Source: an uncultured Pseudomonadales bacterium (GTDB lineage Bacteria > Pseudomonadota > Gammaproteobacteria > Pseudomonadales > Azotimanducaceae). From it: 64,000 nucleotides of DNA. The notes under the pieces were generated by a model. The model was not told where the DNA came from. It worked only from the letters and a program-made list of their open reading frames with translations, and made no database searches. The translations under genes were made by a program, and so were the position numbers. Shown in pieces: positions 39,299 to 50,841 of the stretch. The stretch is from contig CAWUUH010000010.1 of the NCBI GenBank assembly GCA_963925735.1, positions 12,856-76,855 of the forward strand, read 5' to 3'. Position 1 is the first letter of the stretch, and each line of letters starts with the position of its first letter.

Positions 39299-39718
39299 CT
39301 ATCCCGGCGGTTCCGTGATCAAACCCACGCTCCTGGCCCCCGCCTGTTGCAAAACATTCATCAACCCCACGACAACACCATAACTGAGGGCCTGATCACC
39401 CTCCACCAGCACCTTGATATCGGGGTTCGCCTGAATGATCTTCGCCGCGCGCTCGCCGATCAACGCCAACGCCACGCTTTCCTCTTCATCACCTACGTTA
39501 ATGTAATATGTTGAATCCGCTTTAACTGAGACCACTAGGGTGAGTTCATTTTCGCGCACGGACAGCGGCCCTGAAGCAGCATCCGGCAAATCCACATTGA
39601 TGCCCTGGGTCATCATAGGCGCTGTCACCATAAAAATAACCAACAGCACCAGTGTCACGTCGATGTAAGGAACGACGTTGATCTCTGCCATGGGCTTTCT
39701 TCTTGCTGCTTTAGCCAT
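39299..39718 (-). CDS. tolR: Tol-Pal system protein TolR (ExbD family)
   Basis: The EINVVPYIDV motif with the conserved Asp in a single TM segment. Confidence 0.9.
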   Translation of the reverse strand: MAKAARRKPMAEINVVPYIDVTLVLLVIFMVTAPMMTQGINVDLPDAASGPLSVRENELTLVVSVKADSTYYINVGDEEESVALALIGERAAKIIQANPDIKVLVEGDQALSYGVVVGLMNVLQQAGARSVGLITEPPG

Positions 39719-39720
39719 TA

Positions 39721-40401
39721 TTAATCCTGCGCGCGAATGCCACGATACAAAATACCGCTGAACTCGTCAGTGAATGCATCGAGACGATTCACGATAATTT
39801 CAACTTGGGCCGCAAATCGATTATAAGCGATCACCGCAGGAATGGCCGCAAACAGTCCAATCGCGGTAGCCACCAGCGCCTCGGAAATACCAGGCGCAAC
39901 CACCGACAAACTCGCCTGATTAACTGTCGCCAGACCCCGAAAGGAATTCATAATCCCCCAGACAGTGCCAAACAACCCTATATAGGGGCTGGTCGAGCCA
40001 ACTGTCGCCAGAAAGGGCAAACTTGTCTCCATACGCTCCTCTTCTCGAGACAAGGCAACCCGCATGGCCCGCTGCACGCTCTGCATAATGCGATCGGAAT
40101 CCGTCTCCTTTTGCTGGCGCAAACGGGTAAACTCCTTGAAACCCGCGACAAAAATAAGCTCCATGCCCACGGGTTCACGCTCACTGGCTTCAATTTCCAG
40201 ATAAATTTTGCGCAAGTCCTTACCAGACCAAAATTCATTTTCGAAGGCGATCGACTCTCGCTTGATCGATGACAAACTGAAGCCACGTTGGAAGATCATG
40301 ACCCACGAGACCATGGACGCCAGAACCAATATGGTCATCACGCACTGCACTACAATACTGGCATTTAATACCAGGTCAATAATCGAAAGTGGCTCATTCA
40401 A
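39721..40401 (-). CDS. tolQ: Tol-Pal system protein TolQ (MotA/ExbB family)
   Basis: Three TM segments and the PYIGLFGTVWGIM motif. Confidence 0.95.
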   Translation of the reverse strand: MNEPLSIIDLVLNASIVVQCVMTILVLASMVSWVMIFQRGFSLSSIKRESIAFENEFWSGKDLRKIYLEIEASEREPVGMELIFVAGFKEFTRLRQQKETDSDRIMQSVQRAMRVALSREEERMETSLPFLATVGSTSPYIGLFGTVWGIMNSFRGLATVNQASLSVVAPGISEALVATAIGLFAAIPAVIAYNRFAAQVEIIVNRLDAFTDEFSGILYRGIRAQD

Positions 40402-40419
40402 GGCAATTACTCTTTAGTC

Positions 40420-41463
40420 TCACTCAGTTGGGGTATCGTCAATGTGAAGCAACGGGCTGGTAGCCGGCATCGGCAGACCAAAATGCAGATAAGCATGTCG
40501 TGTGGCAACCCTACCTCTTGGCGTTCGCATTATAAAGCCCTGCTGAATCAAAAACGGCTCATAGACATCCTCAATGGTGTCACGCTCCTCGCCGATGGCC
40601 GCCGCCAAACTATCAACTCCCACAGGACCACCATCAAATTTTTCAATTAAGGCCATAAGCAGGCGCCTATCCATATGATCAAAGCCATTGGCGTCGACTT
40701 TCAACATATTCAGGGCATCGTCAGCCACAGCCTTGTCGATATGACCATTCGCTTTAACCTCGGCAAAATCACGCACACGCCGTAGCAGGCGATTGGCAAT
40801 TCGTGGCGTCCCTCGAGACCGCAACGCAATCTCCTGAGCGCCGGCTTGGTCAGTCCGCACACCCAGCAAATTAGACGAGCGCAGCACGATTTGAGCAAGA
40901 TCATCAACCTGATAGAATTCCAGACGTTGAATAATACCAAACCGATCGCGCAACGGAGACGTCAACAATCCCGTTCGAGTCGTTGCGCCAACGAGTGTGA
41001 ACGGCGGCAAATCAAGCTTCAGGGTTCTGGCGGCAGGACCTTCACCAATGGTGATGTCCACCTGGAAATCTTCCATCGCGGGATACAGCACTTCCTCAAT
41101 GGCAGGCGACAGTCTGTGGATTTCATCAATGAACAATACATCCCCGGCCTCAAGATTGGTTAGCGCCGCAACCAGATCACCTTTTTTATCGATCACAGGA
41201 CCTGAGGTTGCTTTGATTTGCACGCCCATTTCATTCGCAATAATATTGGCCAGCGTCGTCTTGCCAAGACCGGGAGGTCCAAATATCAGCGTATGGTCAA
41301 GGTGTTCACCTCGACGTTTGGCAGCGTCGATAAAGATGGTCATTTGCTCGCTGACCTGCGGCTGCCCGCGATACTCAGCAAAGGTTTTGGGGCGAATCGC
41401 CCAATCTTGAGTTGAATCTCCCTGGGTAGATTCAGGCGCTACCAGTCGATCAGATTCAATCAT
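40420..41463 (-). CDS. ruvB: Holliday junction branch migration DNA helicase RuvB
   Basis: GPPGLGKTT Walker A and DEIHRL Walker B. Near-collinear with E. coli RuvB from MIESDRL (ATG 41463; the track start at 41484 is GTG). Confidence 0.95.
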   Translation of the reverse strand: MIESDRLVAPESTQGDSTQDWAIRPKTFAEYRGQPQVSEQMTIFIDAAKRRGEHLDHTLIFGPPGLGKTTLANIIANEMGVQIKATSGPVIDKKGDLVAALTNLEAGDVLFIDEIHRLSPAIEEVLYPAMEDFQVDITIGEGPAARTLKLDLPPFTLVGATTRTGLLTSPLRDRFGIIQRLEFYQVDDLAQIVLRSSNLLGVRTDQAGAQEIALRSRGTPRIANRLLRRVRDFAEVKANGHIDKAVADDALNMLKVDANGFDHMDRRLLMALIEKFDGGPVGVDSLAAAIGEERDTIEDVYEPFLIQQGFIMRTPRGRVATRHAYLHFGLPMPATSPLLHIDDTPTE

Positions 41464-41542
41464 TGTCTGCCCGTCCCCGTTCACCGAGTATAAAACCCGC
41501 AGTTTGCCACATTAATACTTGCTCGACAGGAGATACTGCACT

Positions 41543-42124
41543 TTAGGAGAGGGACTTCAAAGCTTGGCGAATGAGACTCTCTACGCTAACGTCCTGATCT
41601 TCGATCTGCCCAAGCGCCCTCGCCGCCTCTTGAGGCTTATAACCCAGACCAATCAGTGCCGCCTCAGCATCCGCGACCAGATCGGGAGCTCGCTGAGCGG
41701 CAGGCAAAAGCCCCTCAGTCAAGGCGGGCAATCGGTCACGCATCTCAATGATTAATCGTTCAGCAGTTTTTTTGCCCACCCCAGGCAGCGCCGTCAATGC
41801 TTTGATATCGTTATTCTGGATGCAGCGACTGAATGCCCTGGCATCGACGCCGGACAGGATCGCCACGGCAAGCTTCGGTCCGACACCATTCACTTTAATG
41901 AGGGCGCGAAACAACTCGCGCTCTGAAGCCGTCGAAAACCCAAACAGCAGGTGCGCATCATCGCGAACCACCAAATGGGTATACAACATGATTTCAGTAC
42001 CGCTATCACCGAGTTGGAAATAGGTGGTCAAGGGAATATCCACCTCATAACCGAGGCCTTGTACATCGACGACCACCTGATGAGTGGATTTCTCTAAAAT
42101 TTTACCCCGAACTCTACCAATCAA
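41543..42124 (-). CDS. ruvA: Holliday junction DNA-binding protein RuvA
   Basis: [12 protein letters not shown] start and HhH motifs ([17 protein letters not shown]). Confidence 0.95.
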   Translation of the reverse strand: MIGRVRGKILEKSTHQVVVDVQGLGYEVDIPLTTYFQLGDSGTEIMLYTHLVVRDDAHLLFGFSTASERELFRALIKVNGVGPKLAVAILSGVDARAFSRCIQNNDIKALTALPGVGKKTAERLIIEMRDRLPALTEGLLPAAQRAPDLVADAEAALIGLGYKPQEAARALGQIEDQDVSVESLIRQALKSLS

Positions 42125-42684
42125 TTGTCTGTATTCCTTTCACTGCCTGAATGTTGCCCAAGGTTCACCATCCGACCTCGCCGAAAGCTGTTCGCGCCCG
42201 CGATACGACTGAGATTTTGCTGAGTATTAATGTGGCACAATGCGATCGCCAAAGCATCGGCAGCATCTTGTTGGGGTTGGGCGGGGAGTTTTAATAACGT
42301 CTGCACCATATGTTGAACCTGGCTTTTTTCCGCAGCACCCGTACCCACCACAGCCTGTTTGATTTTTCGCGCTTCATACTCAAACACAGCCAACCCCAGG
42401 TTCGCGCCCGCAACGAGAGCAACACCCCGAGCTTGACCTAGTGTCAAAGCAGAAGACGCGCTTTTGGCCATGAAGACTTTCTCAATTGCCATCTCTTGGG
42501 GATTGTACTGCTGGATGATTTCTGTGACTCCAGCAAATATCTCTACTAATTTGCCTGCCAAGTCAGCTTTCGCGTCCGTTCTAATACAGCCACTCGCCAC
42601 ATAGACCTGACGCGAGCCTTGCGAGTCGATCAGACCAAATCCGGTCACCCGTGAGCCTGGGTCTATACCTAGGATTATTGCCAT
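42121..42684 (-). CDS. ruvC: Crossover junction endodeoxyribonuclease RuvC
   Basis: [14 protein letters not shown] start with catalytic acidic residues. It overlaps the ruvA start by 4 nt. Confidence 0.95.
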   Translation of the reverse strand: MAIILGIDPGSRVTGFGLIDSQGSRQVYVASGCIRTDAKADLAGKLVEIFAGVTEIIQQYNPQEMAIEKVFMAKSASSALTLGQARGVALVAGANLGLAVFEYEARKIKQAVVGTGAAEKSQVQHMVQTLLKLPAQPQQDAADALAIALCHINTQQNLSRIAGANSFRRGRMVNLGQHSGSERNTDN

Positions 42685-42772
42685 CGGTGCTGCGTCATGA
42701 AAGTTCTTCTGTTCCTGGGGTGCCCAGGCAGCTTACCACAAGCAACGAGTGTTACAGCTCGCTGCTACCAAC

Positions 42773-43510
42773 CTACTCCTCTAGGTTTTCAGGGAAGCTG
42801 GCATTGGTATAGACGTTTTGAACATCATCCAGGTCTTCCAGGTTATCCATCAGCCGAATGACCTTTTCTGCCATATCTGCATTAAGCTCACTATAGTTTT
42901 GCGGTAGCATGGCAATTTCCGCATTAACGGGCTCGAAATCAGCTTCAATCAAAGCGTCCTTGACGGCCAGAAAGTCTTCAGGTGTCGTGAGTACCTCGAC
43001 GGACCCATCTTCCGCAATGTCCACGTCATCGGCACCGGCATCTATCGCCAGCTCCATAACTTTCTCCTCATCGAGCCCCGGCGCGAAATTGAGCATACCT
43101 TTCCGATCAAACAGATAGGCGACAGACCCATCGGTGCCAAGATTTCCGCCCGCTTTGGTGAAGGCATGCCGGACCTCCGCTACCGTTCGGTTGCGGTTGT
43201 CGGTCATGGTTTCCACCAAGAAAGCCACACCGCCTGGGCCATAGCCCTCATAGGTCAGAGACACCAACTCACTACCTTCGAGGCCACCGGCGCCCCTGGC
43301 GATCGCTCGCTCCATGGTGTCTTTAGGCATTTGTGACGCTTTAGCCTTATCCACCACGGTACGCAGACCAGGATTATCCTCCAATACCCCACCGCCATCT
43401 CTGGCAGCAACAGTCAGTTCACGAATGATTTTTGTGAATACCTTTGCCCGCTTCGCATCTTGACCCGCCTTCCGGTGCTTGATGTTGCTCCACTTGCTAT
43501 GACCCGCCAT
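42773..43510 (-). CDS. yebC: YebC/PmpR family DNA-binding transcriptional regulator
   Basis: MAGHSKWSNIKHRK signature. It sits between aspS and ruvC. Confidence 0.95.
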   Translation of the reverse strand: MAGHSKWSNIKHRKAGQDAKRAKVFTKIIRELTVAARDGGGVLEDNPGLRTVVDKAKASQMPKDTMERAIARGAGGLEGSELVSLTYEGYGPGGVAFLVETMTDNRNRTVAEVRHAFTKAGGNLGTDGSVAYLFDRKGMLNFAPGLDEEKVMELAIDAGADDVDIAEDGSVEVLTTPEDFLAVKDALIEADFEPVNAEIAMLPQNYSELNADMAEKVIRLMDNLEDLDDVQNVYTNASFPENLEE

Positions 43511-43561
43511 TCACTCTCTCCATCAGTAGTATCTTTTATATCCACCGCTTTACAGACCTTG

Positions 43562-45325
43562 TCAGACTGGCTTGCGGACCGCCACATGCAAATCTTTGAG
43601 CTGTTGCGGGTCCACTTCGCTGGGCGCTGACGTCAACAAGCAAGCGGCTGTCTGGGTTTTCGGAAACGCGATAACATCTCGAATCGCATGAGATCCACAG
43701 AGCAACATAATCAGCCGATCAAGACCTATGGCTAACCCCCCGTGAGGTGGGGCGCCATAGCGCAGCGCCTCAAGGAGAAAACCAAACTTAAGGTTGGCTT
43801 CTTCATCTGACAATTTCAGGACCTTGAATATTTTCTGCTGCATAGAAGTCTGATGCACACGAATCGAACCGCCACCCACTTCATGGCCATTGATCACCAC
43901 ATCATAAGCCCGGGACAGCGTTGCTCCGGGATTCGCTAGCATCTCATCCATATCACCCACTGGTTGAGTAAACGGATGGTGAGTCGCAGACCAATTACCC
44001 GTTTTGTCTGCCTCAAACATCGGGAAATCAGTGATCCAGCAGGGCGCCCAAGGCCGAGTGTAGAGATTCAGATCCTCGCCCAACTTGTTGCGCAACGCAC
44101 CGAGCGCATCATTAACGACATTCGCCTTGTCGGCACCAAAAAAGATAATGTCTTTATCCTTAGCACCGACCCGAGCAAGAATATTCAACACCACTTCATC
44201 TGGCAGGAATTTCAAAATCGGTGATTGAAGCCCGGCTACACCCGCATCAATATCATTGACCCTAATGTAGGCCAGCCCCCTGGCACCATAAATACCGACG
44301 AATTTTGTATAATCGTCGATCATCTTTCGAGTTAGTCGATCTCCCTGCTCCAGCCGCAGCGCCACGACCCGAGAATCGGCGTCAGATGCCGGACCGCTGA
44401 AGACCTTAAAATCAACCTCTTGCATGAGATCGGCGACGTCAACAAACTCCAAACCAAAGCGCAAGTCAGGTCGATCACTACCATACTTGCGTTTACCTTC
44501 GGCATAGGTCAGCACTGGAAACGCCTCGAGCTCGACGTCGATGATCTCCTTGAACAAGGCTCGGAATAGGTCTTCCGTCAGCGTCATGATCTGCTGTTCG
44601 TCCATAAAGGTAGTTTCGATATCGACCTGCGTGAACTCTGGCTGACGATCCGCACGCAAGTCTTCATCTCGAAAACATCTGGCGATCTGGTAGTAACGAT
44701 CAAAGCCGGACATCATCAACAATTGCTTGAAAATTTGTGGCGACTGGGGCAACGCAAAGAATTGTCCCGGGTGAGTTCGACTCGGCACCAGATAATCACG
44801 AGCGCCCTCCGGGGTCGCTTTGGTCAATATAGGTGTTTCGATATCGACAAAAGACCGCTCTTCAAGGTAACGGCGAACGAAATGTGCGGTTTTTGACCGC
44901 AGGCGAATCCGCTCCTGCATTTCCGGGCGACGTAAATCAATATACCGATACCGCAGTCGAACATCCTCACCCGCATCAGAATGCTGATCCAATTGGAAAG
45001 GCGGTGTATCGGCGGTATTGAGAATAATAAGTTCCTTTCCGAGCACCTCAATCATCCCGGTGTTCATCTTAGGATTCATTGCCGACTGATCACGCTGTCT
45101 GACGCGACCCTTAATATTAAGGACATATTCATTGCGAACCTGATCCGCAAGCTCAAAACTAGCAGCGGTATCGGGGTCAAACACCACCTGCACAATGCCT
45201 TCGTGATCTCGAATATCCAAAAAAATAACACCGCCATGATCTCGGCGCCGATGAACCCAGCCGCACAGGGAAACCTCTGCATCGATATGTGTGTCCCTTA
45301 ACTGACCACAGTAGTGGCTACGCAT
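43562..45325 (-). CDS. aspS: Aspartate--tRNA ligase
   Basis: MRSHYCGQL start and class II motifs ([25 protein letters not shown]). Confidence 0.95.
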   Translation of the reverse strand: MRSHYCGQLRDTHIDAEVSLCGWVHRRRDHGGVIFLDIRDHEGIVQVVFDPDTAASFELADQVRNEYVLNIKGRVRQRDQSAMNPKMNTGMIEVLGKELIILNTADTPPFQLDQHSDAGEDVRLRYRYIDLRRPEMQERIRLRSKTAHFVRRYLEERSFVDIETPILTKATPEGARDYLVPSRTHPGQFFALPQSPQIFKQLLMMSGFDRYYQIARCFRDEDLRADRQPEFTQVDIETTFMDEQQIMTLTEDLFRALFKEIIDVELEAFPVLTYAEGKRKYGSDRPDLRFGLEFVDVADLMQEVDFKVFSGPASDADSRVVALRLEQGDRLTRKMIDDYTKFVGIYGARGLAYIRVNDIDAGVAGLQSPILKFLPDEVVLNILARVGAKDKDIIFFGADKANVVNDALGALRNKLGEDLNLYTRPWAPCWITDFPMFEADKTGNWSATHHPFTQPVGDMDEMLANPGATLSRAYDVVINGHEVGGGSIRVHQTSMQQKIFKVLKLSDEEANLKFGFLLEALRYGAPPHGGLAIGLDRLIMLLCGSHAIRDVIAFPKTQTAACLLTSAPSEVDPQQLKDLHVAVRKPV

Positions 45326-45389
45326 TATCCTTACCTCAATTATCTAATGACTTCTTGCGCCAGGCTGGCGCTTTAGCTCGAACAGCCAA

Positions 45390-45791
45390 TTAACTGGATG
45401 ATGGCTTACTACTCGATGAACTGGGGCTAGTCCCAGACGAACTATCGGAGCCACTCGATTTACTCCCCGACGAACTCTTTTCACTAGTCCCTGAGCCACT
45501 TGAGCCAGAGCCACTTGAGCCAGAGCCACTTGAACCAGAGCTCCCACTGCCGGAATTGCCAGACGAAGAATCGCTACTAGCGCCGCCATGCAACACATTT
45601 TTCTTCGATCCGGTCTTGAAGTCCGTCTCATACCAACCAGACCCTTTTAGCCTGAACGCCGCAGCCGAGACCATCTTTTTCAATGCAGGCTTGCTACATT
45701 TAGGACAAATCACTGGCGCCTCGTCAGAGAGCTTCATGAGCTTCTCAATTCTATTCTGGCACTCTTCACACTGGTACTCGTAGATTGGCAC
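45390..45791 (-). CDS. FmdB-family zinc-ribbon protein with Ser/Gly-rich C-terminal tail
   Basis: PIYEYQCEEC...CPKC zinc ribbon. Start taken as GTG 45791, preceded by GAGGAAAG. Confidence 0.8.
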   Translation of the reverse strand: MPIYEYQCEECQNRIEKLMKLSDEAPVICPKCSKPALKKMVSAAAFRLKGSGWYETDFKTGSKKNVLHGGASSDSSSGNSGSGSSGSSGSGSSGSGSSGSGTSEKSSSGSKSSGSDSSSGTSPSSSSSKPSSS

Positions 45792-46112
45792 GACAAACTT
45801 TCCTCTATAATCTAACAATAGGGCAATTTTACGTAGAACTGCGGCCGCGCATTATACCCTAATATCTTACCATGGCGAGCGTCTACGACGTTCCTCGACA
45901 GGGCAATAATACGCCGATTGCCGCTTTTGCAAAAATACTCGCAGGAAACACAAAAAACACAGCCTAAACCTTGCGGCGTAAAAGCCAATCATATATAAAG
46001 ACCATCATTGCCGCGACGTGCAAAAAGCGCTCGAATTCAAGTACTAAACTTGAATTTAAGGCAACATTAAACACACCTTCTTCTCAACATCGACATTTAA
46101 AAGGATCTACAA

Positions 46113-46526
46113 ATGGCAGCTAAAAAGGCGATCGCAAAAAAAACAGTGACTAAAGCCAAGGCTCAACCCAAAGCAGTAGCCAAACCCGTAGCTGCTCCGA
46201 AAAAACTGCCTGCGATCAAAGAAAAATATACTAAAAGCGCAATTATAACCGAAATTTCTACCAATACGGATCTCAGCAAGAAACAGGTTGCAGCGGTATT
46301 CCAAGAATTGAATGACTTGATTGCGCGACATGTTAAAAAAGGCGCTGTCGGCGAATTCACGTTGCCTGGCCTGATTAAAATCAAGACGGTCAAGAAAGCC
46401 GCCAGCAAAGCACGTAAAGGCGTACCTAACCCTTTCCGTCCAGGCGAAGTCATGAACGTTGCAGCCAAGCCTGCCAGCACGAAAATTAAAGTGCTGCCAC
46501 TGAAAGGCTTAAAAGAACTCGCTTAA
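46113..46526 (+). CDS. HU/IHF-fold DNA-binding protein with Lys/Ala/Pro-rich (histone H1-like) N-terminal extension
   Basis: The C-terminal ~95 aa are collinear with HU (K.QVAAVF..L...I....K.G....LPG....K...K.AR.G.NP), and residues 1-35 form an AKKA/KPVA low-complexity tract. Confidence 0.8.
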   Translation: MAAKKAIAKKTVTKAKAQPKAVAKPVAAPKKLPAIKEKYTKSAIITEISTNTDLSKKQVAAVFQELNDLIARHVKKGAVGEFTLPGLIKIKTVKKAASKARKGVPNPFRPGEVMNVAAKPASTKIKVLPLKGLKELA

Positions 46527-46552
46527 GCCGCGCACTCAGCGAAGCAAAAAAG

Positions 46553-46576
46553 GGTCGCAGTTGCGGCCTTTTTTTT
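46553..46576 (+). terminator. Rho-independent terminator after the HU-like gene
   Basis: GGTCGC-AGTT-GCGGCC hairpin (one G-U pair) followed by T8. Confidence 0.8.
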
Positions 46577-46843
46577 GCCTCGCTTTTTAACAAGCTGGGG
46601 TAGCAACCCTGCGGCTGTCGCTTCCCGATGCGCGACAACCAAGGCCCATACCGACAACTGCAGTGTTAACCACATCAACTCCTTGCTAGAATCATCGCCT
46701 TGATCAAGCGGCCAAAGCCGCCGCTAAACAACCGAAGGCTAACAGACCCAAACCCGAGCATCGCCAACCGGTCAGGGGCGTCACTGGTCGACATGCCTTT
46801 TTACAAACCCCCACATCATTAAAGGTCAGCACAGACAGCCATT

Positions 46844-48568
46844 ATGAAAGCATCCAGCTACTCAATTTCAACCCTCAAGGAAACCCCAGCCGATGCTGAG
46901 GTCATTAGTCACCAACTGCTGATACGCGGTGGATTGATACGTAAACTGGCATCTGGCATTTACAACTGGTTGCCGATGGGCTTGCGGGTATTACATAAGG
47001 TCGAGGGCATTATCCGTGACGAAATGGATAACGCCGGCGCTCTGGAGGTCATGATGCCCGTGGTTCAACCAGCGGAGTTGTGGGTTGAATCTGGTCGCTG
47101 GCAAGAGTATGACGATGGTCTGCTTCTGAAGTTTGTAGACCGACACAAGCGCGATTTCTGCATGGGACCGACTCATGAAGAAGTGATCACCGATCTCGCC
47201 CGTACCGAACTCAAAAGCCATAAGCAATTACCTATTAATTATTATCAGATTCAGACGAAATTCAGAGACGAGACCCGACCTCGATTTGGCCTATTACGAG
47301 CCCGCGAATTTCTGATGAAAGATGCTTATTCCTTTCATATGACCATGGAGAGTCTGGAAGAAACTTATCAACTGATGCATCAGACTTACAGTCGAATTCT
47401 CAAAAAAATGCACCTCGACTTCCGTCCGGTACTCGCGGATACCGGCAGCATCGGTGGCAGCGCCTCTGTTGAATTTCATGTCCTCGCAGACTCAGGCGAA
47501 GACACCATCGCCTTCAGCTCTGGAAGCAACTACGCAGCCAATATTGAAATGGCAGAAGCGCTGGCTCCAGCGGCCGACAATGCCATCGCCGAAGCGCTGG
47601 CCGAGGTCTCGACACCTGACTGCAAGACCATTGAAGAAGTGACTAACTTTCTGCAAATCGACCCAGCCAGAACGATAAAAACGCTTATATTCAAGGGCAG
47701 CGAGACCCCCTTGGTCGCACTGGTCTTACGTGGCGATCATCAAATGAACGCTATTAAGGCAGCAAAAATCGCTATGCTGGCCACGCCACTGACCCTCGCC
47801 AGCCCTGAAGAGATCCTAGCCGCGGTGGGTTGCACGGTAGGTTCGATTGGTCCCGTAGGTCTGGCCATGCCCATACTCGCCGACCGTAGCGCAGCAGCAC
47901 TGCTCAACTTCACCTGTGGGGCCAACAAGGACGACCACCACCTGCAAAATGCTAATTGGGGTCGTGATACCACTGCGACAGCGATATACGACTTGCGCAA
48001 TGTGGTTGAAGGCGACCCAAGCCCTGACGGCCTTGGTCAATTACAGCTCAAAAAAGGCATTGAAGTGGGCCACATCTTCCAACTCGGCGAGAAGTACTCC
48101 AAGTCGATGAATGCAACGGTTCTCGATGAAAATGGCAAAGCTGCTGTAATGCAAATGGGTTGCTACGGGATGGGTGTCACGCGACTGGTCGCGGCTATTA
48201 TCGAACAATACCATGACGACCGCGGTATGATCTGGCCCACTTGCATCGCACCCTTCCACGTCATCATCATTCCCATCAACAGCCATAAGTCTGCGGAAGT
48301 GGCCGCCACAGCAGAGGCTGTTTACCAGGCTATGCGGCAGCTTGGCATCGAAGTTCTGCTCGATGACAGGGAAGGGCCAAGACCAGGCGCGAAATTTGCT
48401 GATGCTGAGCTGATCGGCATTCCTCATCGTCTCGTTATCGGCGAACGTGGTCTGGCAACCCAGGTTGTGGAATACGTGAACAGACAGACCGGCGTCAGCA
48501 GCGAACTACCTGTAGAGGGTATCGCTAGCCACTTTAAAACGTTACTCGATCAAGAGCTCAGCGACTGA
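46844..48568 (+). CDS. proS: Proline--tRNA ligase (bacterial type with INS editing domain)
   Basis: [17 protein letters not shown] start, class II motifs ([21 protein letters not shown]) and a central editing domain. Confidence 0.95.
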   Translation: MKASSYSISTLKETPADAEVISHQLLIRGGLIRKLASGIYNWLPMGLRVLHKVEGIIRDEMDNAGALEVMMPVVQPAELWVESGRWQEYDDGLLLKFVDRHKRDFCMGPTHEEVITDLARTELKSHKQLPINYYQIQTKFRDETRPRFGLLRAREFLMKDAYSFHMTMESLEETYQLMHQTYSRILKKMHLDFRPVLADTGSIGGSASVEFHVLADSGEDTIAFSSGSNYAANIEMAEALAPAADNAIAEALAEVSTPDCKTIEEVTNFLQIDPARTIKTLIFKGSETPLVALVLRGDHQMNAIKAAKIAMLATPLTLASPEEILAAVGCTVGSIGPVGLAMPILADRSAAALLNFTCGANKDDHHLQNANWGRDTTATAIYDLRNVVEGDPSPDGLGQLQLKKGIEVGHIFQLGEKYSKSMNATVLDENGKAAVMQMGCYGMGVTRLVAAIIEQYHDDRGMIWPTCIAPFHVIIIPINSHKSAEVAATAEAVYQAMRQLGIEVLLDDREGPRPGAKFADAELIGIPHRLVIGERGLATQVVEYVNRQTGVSSELPVEGIASHFKTLLDQELSD

Positions 48569-48666
48569 ACCCTGACCCAGCAAAGATAACCCATAGGGCA
48601 ACACACAAAGGAAAACACACAGAGAAAAGCAATAAAAGGTAAGCCTGCGCGCTCTGCCCCGAGCAG

Positions 48667-49107
48667 CTACTCCAGCGCTAGCGCTGCCAGTAATGATGCT
48701 CGGGTCTGAGGCCCAACAAGGGTGGCAAGCAATGTTCCCTGCGGGTCAAACACCAAGGTCGTCGGTAGCACCTCAGGCATCGCCACCCCCAAGCGTTCGC
48801 TTGGGTTCGCGGCAAACACCGGAAAAGTGATCTGCATTTTCTGCACTTGCCTGAGTTGCTCCGCACCTTGAGGCGCGTCGTAGTTAACACCCCACACGGC
48901 AACTCGACCGTGGAACTCATCGGCGAACTCATTTAATTCAGGGATCTCTCGGATACAAGGCGCACACCACGTCGCCCAATAGTTCACAATCAGGTACCGA
49001 CCCGTAAAATCATCAAACTGATGCCCTGCACCTTGCACATCATAAAACTCCGGCTGCTGGCAGCCCGTGAGCCCAAGCAAAAAAATTATAATCGAAATAT
49101 TTTTCAT
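48667..49107 (-). CDS. TlpA-family thiol:disulfide oxidoreductase lipoprotein
   Basis: Lipobox LGLTGC and the thioredoxin motif WATWCAPC. Confidence 0.8.
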   Translation of the reverse strand: MKNISIIIFLLGLTGCQQPEFYDVQGAGHQFDDFTGRYLIVNYWATWCAPCIREIPELNEFADEFHGRVAVWGVNYDAPQGAEQLRQVQKMQITFPVFAANPSERLGVAMPEVLPTTLVFDPQGTLLATLVGPQTRASLLAALALE

Positions 49108-50333
49108 TCTTTCACACCTAGACGAAACAAGGACTCGAGATCAACCTTAAGCAAATCCTGATTGTGTCGATTGATACGCTGAACATCCGCTGCAAGTACA
49201 ACTTCCCAGGCGCTTTCACCCTTTACGACCTCGGGCATGGGCCAGCCTAAACCCTGGTACAACTCCCATACTGAGATTTCACTCAGATCTCTCGACAACA
49301 CTAGCCCCCCTTTATCGACACTACGAATTAAGTTGAGCTTTATCAGACGCTGCCGATAGTCATTCCAATGCTCCAGGTCAATACGAGCACCGCAGCGTCG
49401 AATATCTTCTTCTCGAACCACAACCCCCTTCTGGTGCGCATGAAAAAACAGCTCGAGAATAACCACGATTTGAAACAATGGTGCCTCTAACTGCTCGCCG
49501 CCATCGTGACGAAAAACGCCCAAGGCTTTGACCAACTCCGCGCCCATCAGAACGATACTCCATGAAACGTAAATCCACAGCAGGAACAGCGGGACCGCAG
49601 CAAACGCCCCATAAATAACCTCAAAACTTGAACGCGACATCACAAAACCAAACAAATATTTCGCCATTTCAAAAGCTATCGCGACGAGCAATCCACCCAC
49701 CACCGCATCTTTGAACGACACAGCGCAATTCGGCACCGCCACGTAAACTAGCGTCAGCATCGCCGCGCTCAACAAAATGGGCAAATATCCAAGCGCCCCG
49801 GTGTACTGATCAACATCCGACAAGAGTGGCAAAGCCATCAGGTAGGTCGTTATCAAAAACCCCATACCCACCAGGATCGGCCCCAGCGAAAGCACCGCCC
49901 AGTACATCAAAAACCGCTGGTATCCCTGCCTGGGCTCACGAACCCGCCAAATTTCATTGAACGTGCGCTCAATGGTGAACAACATCAGAAATGCGGTGAT
50001 ACCCAGAAAGGCGAGGCTTGGCACACTCAGGCTTTGCGCCTGGGTAGAAAAGTCATGCAGGTAATCCTGGAGATTAACGACATTTTCCGGGACCACATTG
50101 TCAAACAGAAAGCCCTCAACCTCCGCCGACAGATCTTTGAAAGCCTCGACCGCATTGAGCACTGCGTACATCACGGTCAACAACGGTACAACCGCAAACA
50201 GGGTTTGGTAGGTCAATCCCGCAGCCGTTGCCTGACAGCCATCGTCCACATAGCGTTTCAGCACGTGAACTGAAAGGCCCAAACAATATTTTGGCAGCCG
50301 GGTTGCAGCGCTCAGCGTGGTTATTTTCATCAA
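49104..50333 (-). CDS. yihY: YihY/BrkB (virulence factor BrkB) family membrane protein
   Basis: AAGLTYQTLFAVVPLL signature with six TM segments. Its stop overlaps the TlpA-like start by 4 nt. Confidence 0.8.
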   Translation of the reverse strand: MMKITTLSAATRLPKYCLGLSVHVLKRYVDDGCQATAAGLTYQTLFAVVPLLTVMYAVLNAVEAFKDLSAEVEGFLFDNVVPENVVNLQDYLHDFSTQAQSLSVPSLAFLGITAFLMLFTIERTFNEIWRVREPRQGYQRFLMYWAVLSLGPILVGMGFLITTYLMALPLLSDVDQYTGALGYLPILLSAAMLTLVYVAVPNCAVSFKDAVVGGLLVAIAFEMAKYLFGFVMSRSSFEVIYGAFAAVPLFLLWIYVSWSIVLMGAELVKALGVFRHDGGEQLEAPLFQIVVILELFFHAHQKGVVVREEDIRRCGARIDLEHWNDYRQRLIKLNLIRSVDKGGLVLSRDLSEISVWELYQGLGWPMPEVVKGESAWEVVLAADVQRINRHNQDLLKVDLESLFRLGVKE

Positions 50334-50433
50334 AAAGTTCCAAGATGTCCGCGATTCTGCCGATCTTGCGCTTGTTGATCTCGCGCAGGCCCTCTACAAT
50401 TTCCAGCCTCATCCAATTGAACGCTAAAACCAG

Positions 50434-50787
50434 ATGGATACCGTCACTATTTATCACAATCCGGCCTGTTCCAAATCTCGCCGGACGCTTGAATTACTCT
50501 ATTCTCACGGCATCTCGCCGAACATCGCCCTGTATTTGACAAGCCCTTTCACAGCAGACCAGTTAATCGACTTGCTTGCCAAGCTCTTGATGCGTCCGCG
50601 CCAGTTACTTCGAACCTCTGAAGCTCAATACAAGGCCCTGCAGCTTGACGATCTGAATCAGACTGACAGCGCATTGATCGACGCGATGATCAAACACCCA
50701 CAACTGATAGAGCGGCCGATTGTCGTGATCGGTGACCGCGCGGTTATCGGTCGGCCGCCAGAGAACATTTTAGCGCTGCTCGCATAG
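50434..50787 (+). CDS. arsC: Arsenate reductase (glutaredoxin-coupled ArsC family)
   Basis: IYHNPACSKSRRTLELL with the catalytic Cys. Collinear with R773 ArsC (HP.LIERPIVV). Confidence 0.8.
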   Translation: MDTVTIYHNPACSKSRRTLELLYSHGISPNIALYLTSPFTADQLIDLLAKLLMRPRQLLRTSEAQYKALQLDDLNQTDSALIDAMIKHPQLIERPIVVIGDRAVIGRPPENILALLA

Positions 50788-50841
50788 ACCCAGACTCAAG
50801 CAGTCCGGCAACACAAATCACTGACGCGTCATACCACAGCA

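Noticed and set aside
42685-42772. LexA box upstream of ruvC/ruvA (ruvAB is SOS-regulated in E. coli)
   Set aside because: I found no CTGT-N8-ACAG match in the ruvC upstream region or at the ruvC/ruvA junction.
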